A DNA stretch of 64,000 nucleotides from NCBI GenBank assembly GCA_035549715.1, contig DASZQJ010000166.1, forward strand, positions 11,544 to 75,543. The letters run 5' to 3'. The notes beneath the pieces were generated by a model. That model saw only the letters and a program-made list of their open reading frames with translations. It made no database searches and was not told the DNA's origin. Numbering within the stretch: position 1 is the stretch's first letter; each line of letters opens with the position of its first letter. A program made the position numbers and the translations under genes. Below are positions 51,289 through 59,550 of this stretch, one piece after another. The stretch is from Burkholderiales bacterium. Lineage in GTDB: Bacteria > Pseudomonadota > Gammaproteobacteria > Burkholderiales > JACQAP01.

Positions 51289-52338
51289 ATGACCACGCAA
51301 CCTGTTGCGAAGCCATGGGCGCCCCCGGCCACGCCCGCGCTGCTGGATACGCGCGGTCGGGCGCTGCGCGACCTCCGGATCTCGGTCACGGACCGCTGCA
51401 ACTTTCGCTGCACGTACTGCATGCCCAAGGAAGTGTACGGTCGTGATTTCCAGTTCCTGGAGCGTTCGCAGCTGCTGTCCTTCGACGAGATCCACCGCCT
51501 GGTGCGCATCTTTCGGGGCCACGGCATCGAGAAGGTCCGCCTCACGGGCGGCGAGCCCCTGGTGCGGCGCCAGCTGGAGAAGCTCATCGAGCTGCTCGCG
51601 CGCGAGCCCGGCCTCGACCTGACGCTCACGACCAATGGCTCCCTGCTCAGGCAGAAGGCACAGGCCCTGAAGGATGCCGGCCTGCAGCGCGTCACGGTGA
51701 GCCTGGATTCCCTGGACGACGCGGTGTTCCGCGCCATGAACGACGTCGATTTTCCGGTCGACAAGGTGCTCGAAGGCATCGACGAAGCGGATCGCGTCGG
51801 CCTCGCGCCGATCAAGGTGAACATGGTGGTCAAGCGCGGCACCAACGACCAGGACGTCGTCGCGATGGCGCGCCGCTTCAAGGGCAGCCGCCATATCCTG
51901 CGCTTCATCGAATTCATGGACGTGGGCCACACCAACGGCTGGAAGATGCAGCACGTGGTGCCCTCGCGCGAGCTGGTGGCGCGAATCAACGACGCATTCC
52001 CCATCGAGCCGGCAGACCCGAATTACGTGGGGGAAGTCGCCGAACGCTGGCGCTACAGGGACGGCTCCGGGGAGATCGGCTTCATCTCCTCCGTGACCCA
52101 GGCGTTTTGCCGCGACTGCACGCGCCTGCGGCTGTCCGCCGAAGGCTCGATCTATACCTGCCTGTTCGCCACGGAAGGCACCGACCTGCGCGGGCTGCTG
52201 CGCACCGGCGCGACCGACGAGGAGATCTCCGGCGCGATCGGCGCCGTGTGGCGTGCGCGCGGGGATCGCTATTCCGAGCTCCGGACCGAAGAGACCAGCA
52301 GGCTGCGCAAGGTCGAGATGTCCTACATCGGCGGCTGA
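51289..52338 (+). CDS. moaA: GTP 3',8-cyclase (radical SAM)
   Basis: ORF 51208..52338; ATG 51289 has an AAGGA RBS. The radical SAM motif [10 protein letters not shown], a C-terminal Cys cluster ([18 protein letters not shown]) and a terminal ...SYIGG are present. Confidence 0.9.
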   Translation: MTTQPVAKPWAPPATPALLDTRGRALRDLRISVTDRCNFRCTYCMPKEVYGRDFQFLERSQLLSFDEIHRLVRIFRGHGIEKVRLTGGEPLVRRQLEKLIELLAREPGLDLTLTTNGSLLRQKAQALKDAGLQRVTVSLDSLDDAVFRAMNDVDFPVDKVLEGIDEADRVGLAPIKVNMVVKRGTNDQDVVAMARRFKGSRHILRFIEFMDVGHTNGWKMQHVVPSRELVARINDAFPIEPADPNYVGEVAERWRYRDGSGEIGFISSVTQAFCRDCTRLRLSAEGSIYTCLFATEGTDLRGLLRTGATDEEISGAIGAVWRARGDRYSELRTEETSRLRKVEMSYIGG

Positions 52339-52340
52339 CG

Positions 52341-52610
52341 ATGAAGCGCACGGAACTGGCCAAGTACCAGGGCAAGAAGCTCGACAACCGCCTGTCGCAG
52401 GAATCCACGCCCGGTCGCTTCGGCAGCCAATCGGCGCTGCCGGACCGCCGCGAGCAGCGCCGCCGCGACCAGGCGCTTGGCCTGGTACCGCTCGCAGTCA
52501 AGGTCGACGGCGGACTGCTAAAAGCGCTGCACGCGCTCGCCGCGGAACGCGGCGCCAGCCTCAACGACGTCGTCAGCGAAATCCTCACCCGGGGCCTGAA
52601 GGCCAAGTAA
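52341..52610 (+). CDS. small ribbon-helix-helix (CopG-like) protein
   Basis: ATG 52341 lies 2 nt after the moaA stop and gives 89 aa. A basic N-terminal half is followed by LVPLAVKVDGGLLKALHALAAERGASLNDVVSEILTRGL, a beta-strand/helix/helix pattern. The gene is in frame within ORF 52107..52610. Confidence 0.55.
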   Translation: MKRTELAKYQGKKLDNRLSQESTPGRFGSQSALPDRREQRRRDQALGLVPLAVKVDGGLLKALHALAAERGASLNDVVSEILTRGLKAK

Positions 52611-52646
52611 GCTTCGCCCTTCGGCGCATCCCCCGCAACCGGATCC

Positions 52647-53918
52647 ATGAACGCCCCCAAGACCCTGCAGGACCTGTCGGCCGCCTCCGACTACGACCCG
52701 AATTCCATGCCGGTGGACAAGGCACGCGAGCACATCCGCGCCTTCCTGTCGCCGGTCACGGCCGTCGAGCGCCTGGGCATCCGCGCGGCCCTGGGCCGCG
52801 TGCTCGCCGAGGACATCGTCTCGCCGCTCGACGTGCCCCAGCACGACAATTCCGCCATGGACGGTTACGCGGTGCGTTTCGCGGACTTGCGCGCGGACGG
52901 CGAAACCACGCTCACCGTCGTCGGCAGCTCGTTCGCCGGCAAGCCCCACGCCGGCACGCTCGCCGCCGGGCAGGCCGTGCGCATCATGACCGGCGCGGTC
53001 GTTCCGGAGGGCGCCGACACCGTCGTGCAGCAGGAAAAGGCCAGGGTCGACGGCAAGCAGGTGGCCCTCGCGGCGGTCGGTGCCGCGGGCACGAACGTGC
53101 GCCGTGCCGGGGAAGACCTGCGCAAGGGCGCGCCGGCCTTGTGCAAGGGGCAGGTCCTGCGGGCCGCGGAAATCGGCGTGCTGGCCTCGCTCGGGATCGG
53201 CGAGGTGCCCGTTTACCGCCGGCTGCGCGTCGCGTTTTTCTCCACCGGCGACGAGCTGGTGCCGATCGGGCAGGCGCTCGGCGCCGGGCAGATCCACGAC
53301 AGCAACCGGTACACGCTCTACGGCATGCTCACCCGCCTGGGCTGCGAAGTCCTCGACATGGGCGTCATCCGCGACAACCCCGATGACGTCGAAAAGGCCT
53401 TCCGCGAGGCGGCCGGGGCGGCCGACGTCGTGATGACGAGCGGCGGGGTTTCGGTCGGCGAAGCCGATTACGTCAAGCCCATCCTCGACAAGCTCGGCCA
53501 GGTGCTGTTCTGGAAGATCGCCATGAAGCCCGGCCGGCCGCTCGCCTACGGCAAGATCGGCAAGGCGCATTTCTTCGGCCTGCCCGGCAATCCCGTCGCG
53601 GTGATGGTGACCTTCTACCAGTTCGTGCGCGACGCCCTGCTCCACCTGCAGGGCCAGACCCGGGTGACGCCGCTGCCCACGCTCAGGATCGTGTGCACCA
53701 CCCCGATCAGGAAGGCGCCGGGCCGCACGGAGTTCCAGCGCGGCGTCCTGGCGCGCGACGGGGATGGCCAATGGACCGTGCGAACCACCGGCGACCAGGG
53801 CTCGGGCATCCTGTCCTCGATGAGCCAGGCCGACTGTTTCATCATCCTGCCCACCGAGACCGGCAACGTCGCCGCCGGCGCCCTGGTCGACGTCCAGCTG
53901 CTCGAAGGCCTGATCTAG
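52647..53918 (+). CDS. moeA: molybdopterin molybdotransferase
   Basis: 423-aa ORF with the MoeA pattern (NSAMDGYAV, RIMTGAVVPEGADTVV, SGGVSVGEADY, KPGRP). Confidence 0.9.
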   Translation: MNAPKTLQDLSAASDYDPNSMPVDKAREHIRAFLSPVTAVERLGIRAALGRVLAEDIVSPLDVPQHDNSAMDGYAVRFADLRADGETTLTVVGSSFAGKPHAGTLAAGQAVRIMTGAVVPEGADTVVQQEKARVDGKQVALAAVGAAGTNVRRAGEDLRKGAPALCKGQVLRAAEIGVLASLGIGEVPVYRRLRVAFFSTGDELVPIGQALGAGQIHDSNRYTLYGMLTRLGCEVLDMGVIRDNPDDVEKAFREAAGAADVVMTSGGVSVGEADYVKPILDKLGQVLFWKIAMKPGRPLAYGKIGKAHFFGLPGNPVAVMVTFYQFVRDALLHLQGQTRVTPLPTLRIVCTTPIRKAPGRTEFQRGVLARDGDGQWTVRTTGDQGSGILSSMSQADCFIILPTETGNVAAGALVDVQLLEGLI

Positions 53919-54655
53919 GCGCGGGCGCCCCGCGCCTTGCGGCAAACGAGCAGCACCGTGTCGACGCCGGTCGTGTCGATCATTCCGGCCCGCAGTTCGA
54001 GCTTCTTCTGGAACCGGATGCCCAGGGGCATGAGCACGCGGTTGTAGAGCCACATCGCCTGCCGGCGCTTGTGCGTCAATCCCCACATCCCGAACTCGAG
54101 CAGCCACGAGGATTGCGGCTGCATGCCGTGCACCGCGCTGCGCTCCACCCCAAAGCCGTACGCGTCGAGAAGCTCGATGAGGCGCTGCGGCTCATAGCGG
54201 CGCCGGTGGCCGACGAATTCGTCGAATGCAGTCCATTGCTCCGGATGCAGCGGCACGGACAACAGGAGCGTCCCGTCCGGCGCGCAAACCCTCGAGAGCT
54301 CGTGAAAGGTGGCCGCCTCGTCGTCCACGTGCTCGACCACGTCGAAGGCGCACACCAGGTCGAACTCCGCGTCGGCAAATGGCAGCGCCGTGATGGAATC
54401 CCTGCGCGCGCTGGCCGCCCGCGCGCGCAGCTGGCGCAACGCCGGCTCGCTGATGTCCACGAAGTGGGTGCCCTCGACGGGCAAACGCGGGCGCAACCCC
54501 GGGGCAACCTCGAGCCGGCGGGTGGAACGCGCCACCAGATCGCACACGATGGGCCAGGTGTTGAAACGCTGCGGCTCCACCAGGCGGGCGCCGGTCCAGA
54601 GCCCGTCGTAGAAATGGCGGTTGACCTCGAGGTCGGAAGGCCTCGCGGAACTCAT
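53915..54655 (-). CDS. class I SAM-dependent methyltransferase
   Basis: ORF 53915..54847; ATG 54655 gives MSSARPSDLEVNRHFYD.... Motifs include DLVCAFDVVEHVDD and PDGTLLLSVP. The 3' end overlaps the moeA stop by 4 nt in convergent orientation. Confidence 0.75.
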   Translation of the reverse strand: MSSARPSDLEVNRHFYDGLWTGARLVEPQRFNTWPIVCDLVARSTRRLEVAPGLRPRLPVEGTHFVDISEPALRQLRARAASARRDSITALPFADAEFDLVCAFDVVEHVDDEAATFHELSRVCAPDGTLLLSVPLHPEQWTAFDEFVGHRRRYEPQRLIELLDAYGFGVERSAVHGMQPQSSWLLEFGMWGLTHKRRQAMWLYNRVLMPLGIRFQKKLELRAGMIDTTGVDTVLLVCRKARGARA

Positions 54656-54674
54656 CCGGGGAGCCGGGGCGCGC

Positions 54675-55310
54675 TCATTTCCTGCGTGGTTTCCTCTTGC
54701 TCTTCGGGTCCTTGTCGTCCTTGTCCCTGGGCCCGTCGATCGACACCACGGCAGCTTCCGTGTAGCTGGCAAACACCCGGTCGCCGGGCTTGAGCGAAGC
54801 CAGCAGCTTTTCGTCGCGCACGTAGAGGTCGTAAAACCTGCCTTCATCGTCCTTGAGCACCAGGGTCTTCTCCCGTACGCCCGCGGATTCGACGCTGGCG
54901 ATGACGCTCAGGCGCACGGGGCCCGCGGCCGCATTCCCGGGCGCTTCGTCCTGCATCACGATTTCCTTCGCGGGCAGGCTCTCCCCCTCCTCCGCCTTGC
55001 GCACCTCCAGCCCGACCGACTCGTGGAAGCGCACTGTCACCTCGTCGCCCACGGCGATGTCCGCAAGGTTGCGGACGCGGGCCTCCACCCGCATGGTGAC
55101 GGGGCGCCCCCGCGGCCCCTTGATGGTGACGTGGCGGGACGCAACATCCATGGCCTCCACCACCGCCTTGACCTTGGCGGAACGCCCGTACATGACCGGG
55201 CTCGCGTCCTTGAGCACCGTGATGGGCGCGGGCTTCGGATCCTGCGCCGGCGCGGCGCTGGCGGCGGCCACCAGGATCGTGGCGCCAAGCAGCCGGATCG
55301 ATGTCAACAT
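54675..55310 (-). CDS. secreted protein with internal duplication and polybasic tail
   Basis: 211-aa ORF with a signal peptide. It contains two similar segments of about 55 aa (KAVVEAMDVASRHVTIKGPRGRPVT...GDEVTVRF and SVIASVESAGVREKTLVLKDDEGRF...GDRVFASY). The C-terminus is KDDKDPKSKRKPRRK. Confidence 0.55.
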   Translation of the reverse strand: MLTSIRLLGATILVAAASAAPAQDPKPAPITVLKDASPVMYGRSAKVKAVVEAMDVASRHVTIKGPRGRPVTMRVEARVRNLADIAVGDEVTVRFHESVGLEVRKAEEGESLPAKEIVMQDEAPGNAAAGPVRLSVIASVESAGVREKTLVLKDDEGRFYDLYVRDEKLLASLKPGDRVFASYTEAAVVSIDGPRDKDDKDPKSKRKPRRK

Positions 55311-55353
55311 TGCATCGGGTCCTTGCTATCCGTGACTTGGGGCGGCAGCGCCC

Positions 55354-56013
55354 TCAGGCCCTGCGCCCGGGTCCGAGATGGGTCAGCGCGCCGATGTAGG
55401 CGTCCTCCAGGTCGGATGGCTGCTGCATCGACATGGCCAGGTCGCGAACCAGACCGTCGTGCACTCCGTATACCCAGCCGTGGACCGTGAGGTCCTGCCC
55501 GCGCGCCCAGGCATCCTGCACCACCGTGGTCTGGGCAACGTTGACCACCTGCTCGATGACATTGAGCTCGCACAGGCGGTTCAGCCGCTCGGGACGTTCT
55601 GCGACGTCGGACAGGAAGTCGCGATGCTTTTGCGCCACGTCCTGGACATGCCGCAGCCAGTTGTCGATCAGGCCGAGCTTCAGGTTGTCCATCGCCGCCA
55701 TCACCCCGCCGCAGCCATAGTGGCCGCAAACGATGACGTGCTTGACCTTGAGGACCTCCACCGCGTACTGCAGTACCGACAGGCAGTTGAGGTCGGCGTG
55801 CACCACGACGTTGGCGACGTTGCGGTGGACGAACACCTCCCCCGGGGCGAGGTTGGTGATCTGGTTGGCGGGAACGCGGCTGTCCGAGCAGCCGATCCAG
55901 AGGAATTCGGGCGCCTGCTGGTGCTTGAGTTTTTCGAAGAATCCGGGATCCCGCTGCCGCACGCCTTCGGCCCACGCGCGGTTGTTGGCGATCAGCTTCT
56001 CGAGTCGCTTCAT
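55354..56013 (-). CDS. can: beta-class carbonic anhydrase
   Basis: ORF 55354..56031, which starts at a TTG; ATG 56013 gives MKRLEKLIANNRAWAEG. Zinc ligand motifs are CSDSRVP and HYGCGGV. Confidence 0.9.
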   Translation of the reverse strand: MKRLEKLIANNRAWAEGVRQRDPGFFEKLKHQQAPEFLWIGCSDSRVPANQITNLAPGEVFVHRNVANVVVHADLNCLSVLQYAVEVLKVKHVIVCGHYGCGGVMAAMDNLKLGLIDNWLRHVQDVAQKHRDFLSDVAERPERLNRLCELNVIEQVVNVAQTTVVQDAWARGQDLTVHGWVYGVHDGLVRDLAMSMQQPSDLEDAYIGALTHLGPGRRA

Positions 56014-56046
56014 GTCGCTATGATTCCACAACTCGGCGGCGCCTGC

Positions 56047-56361
56047 TCACGGCCCCTCGCCCGCGACCGGATCGATCGCGCAGACATGGGGATGGCGGGG
56101 CAGGTAACGCACCCGGATGCGCTCGCCGGGCTCGAATCTGCGTCCGGGCGGGGATTCGCCGCGGCCAACGATGGGCTGCGGCCAGCCAGGCGCCGCGAAG
56201 CGGTACTCGAGGCGCCGCCCGTGCACCGCCACGACCTCGGCGCTTGTCACCGTCCCCCTGCGCAGGACGCTCTCGCGGGCCTCGCGCCGCGCCCGCACGA
56301 ACTGTCCCGCGATCCACACGGTGATGGCCGCGGGGACCAGCACCGCCGCCAGCCACCACAT
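56047..56361 (-). CDS. small membrane-anchored hypothetical protein
   Basis: 104-aa ORF with an N-terminal TM helix (MWWLAAVLVPAAITVWIAG). It starts 3 nt after the SDR stop. Confidence 0.45.
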   Translation of the reverse strand: MWWLAAVLVPAAITVWIAGQFVRARREARESVLRRGTVTSAEVVAVHGRRLEYRFAAPGWPQPIVGRGESPPGRRFEPGERIRVRYLPRHPHVCAIDPVAGEGP

Positions 56362-56364
56362 GCC

Positions 56365-57114
56365 CTAGCGCCCCCCGGCCACGTCGAGGAAGGCTCCGGT
56401 GACGAAGGAGGCCTGGTCCGACAGCAGCCACAGGATCGCATGCGCGACTTCGTCGGCGTGGCCGCCGCGCTTCATGGGCACGAAGGCCTTGACCCGGTCC
56501 ACGCGGCCGGGTTCGCCGCCGCTGGCGTGCATCCCGGTGTAGATGAAACCCGGACGCACCGCATTGACCCGGATGCCTTCTTCCGCGACTTCCTTCGACA
56601 AGCCGATGGTGAGGGCATCGACCGCCGCCTTGGATGCCGCGTAGTCGATGTATTCGCCCGGGGAGCCCAGCACCGCCGCGCGCGAAGACACGTTGACGAC
56701 GGCCCCACCGGCACCGCCCTTGCTGGTGGACATGCGCTTCACGGCCTCGCGGGCGCAGAGGAAGCTGCCGGTGACGTTGGTGGCGAAAACGCGCGACAGG
56801 CGCTCGGCGGTCGCAGTGTCTTCCAGCCGTCCCTGCCGCTCGAGGATCCCGGCATTGTTGACCAGCGCCGTCACGCGCCCCAGTTCGCGGTCGACGGTGC
56901 CGAACAGGCGCAGGACATCCTCCTCCCGGGAGACATCGGCCGCGACCGTGATGGCTCGCCCCCCCGCCTTCCTCACGTCCGCAGCGACCTGCTCCGCCGC
57001 TTCGCGATCGTTGCGGAAGTTGACGCACACCGCATAGCCCTGCGCCCCGGCAAGCCGTGCCGTGGCAGCGCCTATGCCCCGGCTGGCGCCGGTGATGACG
57101 GCAATCTTGTCGAT
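56365..57114 (-). CDS. short-chain dehydrogenase/reductase (non-canonical or damaged start codon)
   Basis: The ORF-track start (GTG 57030) lies after the Rossmann motif. Extending the frame upstream gives (I)DKIAVITGASRGIGAATARLAGAQGYAVCVNF, and NNAG and YAASKAAV follow. The only start-like codons are ATC 57114, ATT 57105 and ATC 57096. Confidence 0.75.
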   Translation of the reverse strand: MDKIAVITGASRGIGAATARLAGAQGYAVCVNFRNDREAAEQVAADVRKAGGRAITVAADVSREEDVLRLFGTVDRELGRVTALVNNAGILERQGRLEDTATAERLSRVFATNVTGSFLCAREAVKRMSTSKGGAGGAVVNVSSRAAVLGSPGEYIDYAASKAAVDALTIGLSKEVAEEGIRVNAVRPGFIYTGMHASGGEPGRVDRVKAFVPMKRGGHADEVAHAILWLLSDQASFVTGAFLDVAGGR

Positions 57115-57127
57115 GTCCCGGTGCCCC

Positions 57128-58756
57128 TCACGAAAACAGCTTGGCCGCCTTGGTCAGCGTGATCCAGATGCCCCAGGCAAGCGGGATGCCCACCGCGAGC
57201 CAGGCGAGGAACACCAGGCCGCGCTGGCCTCCCGAGAAATCGGTGCCGCCGGCGCCATTGGCGGAAGCGGAGGCGGAGGCCGTTTCGTGCGCCAGCCGGC
57301 GCTCCTCCGCCAGTTCGGCATCCGTCATGTAAAAACGCTCCGCCACGGGCCGCACCAGCAGATTGCACAGCAGTCCGCCCAGCAGCATCGCCGCCAGGAT
57401 GTACATGGTGATGTTGTAGGCCTGGAACGCCGGGACGCCGTGCGAGATCTGGTACTCCCGGATGTAATTGACCACCACCGGACCCAGGATCCCGGCGGCT
57501 GACCATGCGGTCAGCAGGCGGCCGTGGATCGCCCCCACGTGCTGCGTGCCGAACATGTCGGCCAGGTAGGCCGGGATGGTCGCGAACCCGCCGCCGTACA
57601 TCGTCAGGATGATGCAAAAAATGCCGACGAACAGGGCGACGCCGCCAATGCTGCCGGCCCAGGGCGCGGAAGCATACAGCGCAATGCCGAGCAGGAAGAA
57701 CGTGTAGTACGTGGCCTTGCGGCCAATGTAGTCGGAGAATGACGCCCAGAAGATCCGTCCCAGGATGTTGAACAGCGACAGCAACCCGGCGAACGCGGCG
57801 GCGATGGTCGCCACCTGGGCGCGCTGGTCCTTCGCCAGGTCGACAAGCTGCGCGTCGACGCCGATCAGCCTTCCGCCGAACACTTCCTGCAACATGGGCG
57901 AGGCCATGCCGATGACGCCGATGCCGGCGCTGACATTCAGGCAAAGCACGCCCCAGAGCAGCCAGAACTGCGGTGTCCGGTGCGCCTTGTTCACGTGCAC
58001 GTGGCGGGCCGTGATCATGCTGTTGGCCTTCGGCGGCGGCGGCGTCCAGCCCGCCGGCTTCCAGCCGGTGGGCGGCACCCGGTAGCCGAATGCCCCGAGC
58101 ATCATCGCGACGAAGTAGATCACGCCCATGGTCACGAACGTCTCCCACACGCCCACCGAGGCCTCGGTTGCGTAAAGATTCATCAGCCGGTCCGCGAGTG
58201 GCGCGCCGATCATGGCGCCGCCGCCGAAGCCCATGATCGCCATGCCGGTGGCCATCCCGCGGCGGTCGGGAAACCACTTGATGAGGGTCGAGACCGGGGA
58301 GATGTAACCCAGTCCCAGGCCCACGCCCCCGATGACCCCGGAGCCGAGCCACAAGAGCCAGATCTGGTGGGTGAATACGCCGACGGCCGAGATCATCAGC
58401 CCGCCCGCCCAGCATACGGCGGCCACCACGCCCGCCTTGCGCGGACCCGCGGTCTCCAGCCAGTGCCCGAACAGCGCCGCAGCCGAGCCGAGGAACACGA
58501 AGAACAGCGTGAACATCCATCCCAGCATCGAAATCTGCCAGTCGCACGTGGTGGCAAACACCCGGTCGAGGAAGGCCATGTCCTCCGGGCATGCGAGCGG
58601 CTGCTTGATGCCCACGGCGCGCGACAGCGGCAACCAGAAGACGCTGAAGCCGTAGGCCATGCCGATGGACAGGTGGATCGCCAGTGCGGCAGGCGGAACC
58701 AGCCAGCGGTTGAAGCCAGGCGCGGCGATCGTGCGCTCCTTCGACAGGAATTCCAT
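57128..58756 (-). CDS. MFS transporter, oxalate/formate antiporter (OFA)-like, with an extra C-terminal helix
   Basis: ORF 57128..58798. ATG 58756 (MEFLSKERTIAAPGFNRW) has a GGAGG 9 nt upstream. There are 12 TM helices, then a linker and a 13th hydrophobic helix. Confidence 0.85.
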   Translation of the reverse strand: MEFLSKERTIAAPGFNRWLVPPAALAIHLSIGMAYGFSVFWLPLSRAVGIKQPLACPEDMAFLDRVFATTCDWQISMLGWMFTLFFVFLGSAAALFGHWLETAGPRKAGVVAAVCWAGGLMISAVGVFTHQIWLLWLGSGVIGGVGLGLGYISPVSTLIKWFPDRRGMATGMAIMGFGGGAMIGAPLADRLMNLYATEASVGVWETFVTMGVIYFVAMMLGAFGYRVPPTGWKPAGWTPPPPKANSMITARHVHVNKAHRTPQFWLLWGVLCLNVSAGIGVIGMASPMLQEVFGGRLIGVDAQLVDLAKDQRAQVATIAAAFAGLLSLFNILGRIFWASFSDYIGRKATYYTFFLLGIALYASAPWAGSIGGVALFVGIFCIILTMYGGGFATIPAYLADMFGTQHVGAIHGRLLTAWSAAGILGPVVVNYIREYQISHGVPAFQAYNITMYILAAMLLGGLLCNLLVRPVAERFYMTDAELAEERRLAHETASASASANGAGGTDFSGGQRGLVFLAWLAVGIPLAWGIWITLTKAAKLFS

Positions 58757-58947
58757 TTGCGACATCCTCCCCCGGGGCTCGTTGTGTGCGCTGTTCATTC
58801 CAGCGTCGATACGGCGCGAGGATTATACCGCCTGCCCCCGCCTTGCCACCCCATCAACGCGCGCCATCGCAAAAGGTAAACTCTTGAGTTCTCGACGTTA
58901 AACCTCGGCACTTTGGTTCATATTACGGACCCTTGCTCCTGCCTCCC

Positions 58948-59550
58948 ATGACGATCGCAACGGGAATCATCCTCGCCGGCGGCCAGGCACGGCGCATGGG
59001 GGGCGCCGACAAGGGACTGCAACCCCTGCACGGCCGTCCGCTCGCCGCCTGGGTGCTGGACCGCCTTGCCCCCCAGGTCGACGAAGTCCTGATCAACGCC
59101 AACCGCCATCCCGACCGCTATGCGGCGCTTGGCGCGCGGGTGGTCGCAGATGCGACGACCGGCCATGCCGGCCCCCTGGCCGGGGTGCAGCGCGGGCTCA
59201 TGGAAGCCCGCCATGCCCTGGTCCTGGTCGTGCCTTGCGACGCACCCCGCCTGCCGCTCGACCTGGCGTCCCGCCTTGCGCAGCCGCTGTGCGACCCGAA
59301 CCTGGACGCCTCCGTGGCGCGGGCGGGCGGCCGCCTCCAACCGGTGTTCTGCATGGCGAGGCGCGCCCTGTTGCCGCACCTGACGGCGTTCCTGGAGGGC
59401 GGCGGGCGCAAGGTCGACGCATGGCTCGCCACCCTGCGCACGGCGACGGTGGATTTCGAGGACGCGGCGGCCTTCGCCAACGTCAATTCGATCGATGACC
59501 TGCGGGCGCTCGAGGCGGCCGGTCAGGCGCCGCCCGCCTCGCGCAGGTAG
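58948..59550 (+). CDS. mobA: molybdenum cofactor guanylyltransferase
   Basis: ATG 58948 gives MTIATGIILAGGQARRMGGADKGLQPLHGRPL, and VVPCDAP is also present. Confidence 0.85.
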   Translation: MTIATGIILAGGQARRMGGADKGLQPLHGRPLAAWVLDRLAPQVDEVLINANRHPDRYAALGARVVADATTGHAGPLAGVQRGLMEARHALVLVVPCDAPRLPLDLASRLAQPLCDPNLDASVARAGGRLQPVFCMARRALLPHLTAFLEGGGRKVDAWLATLRTATVDFEDAAAFANVNSIDDLRALEAAGQAPPASRR

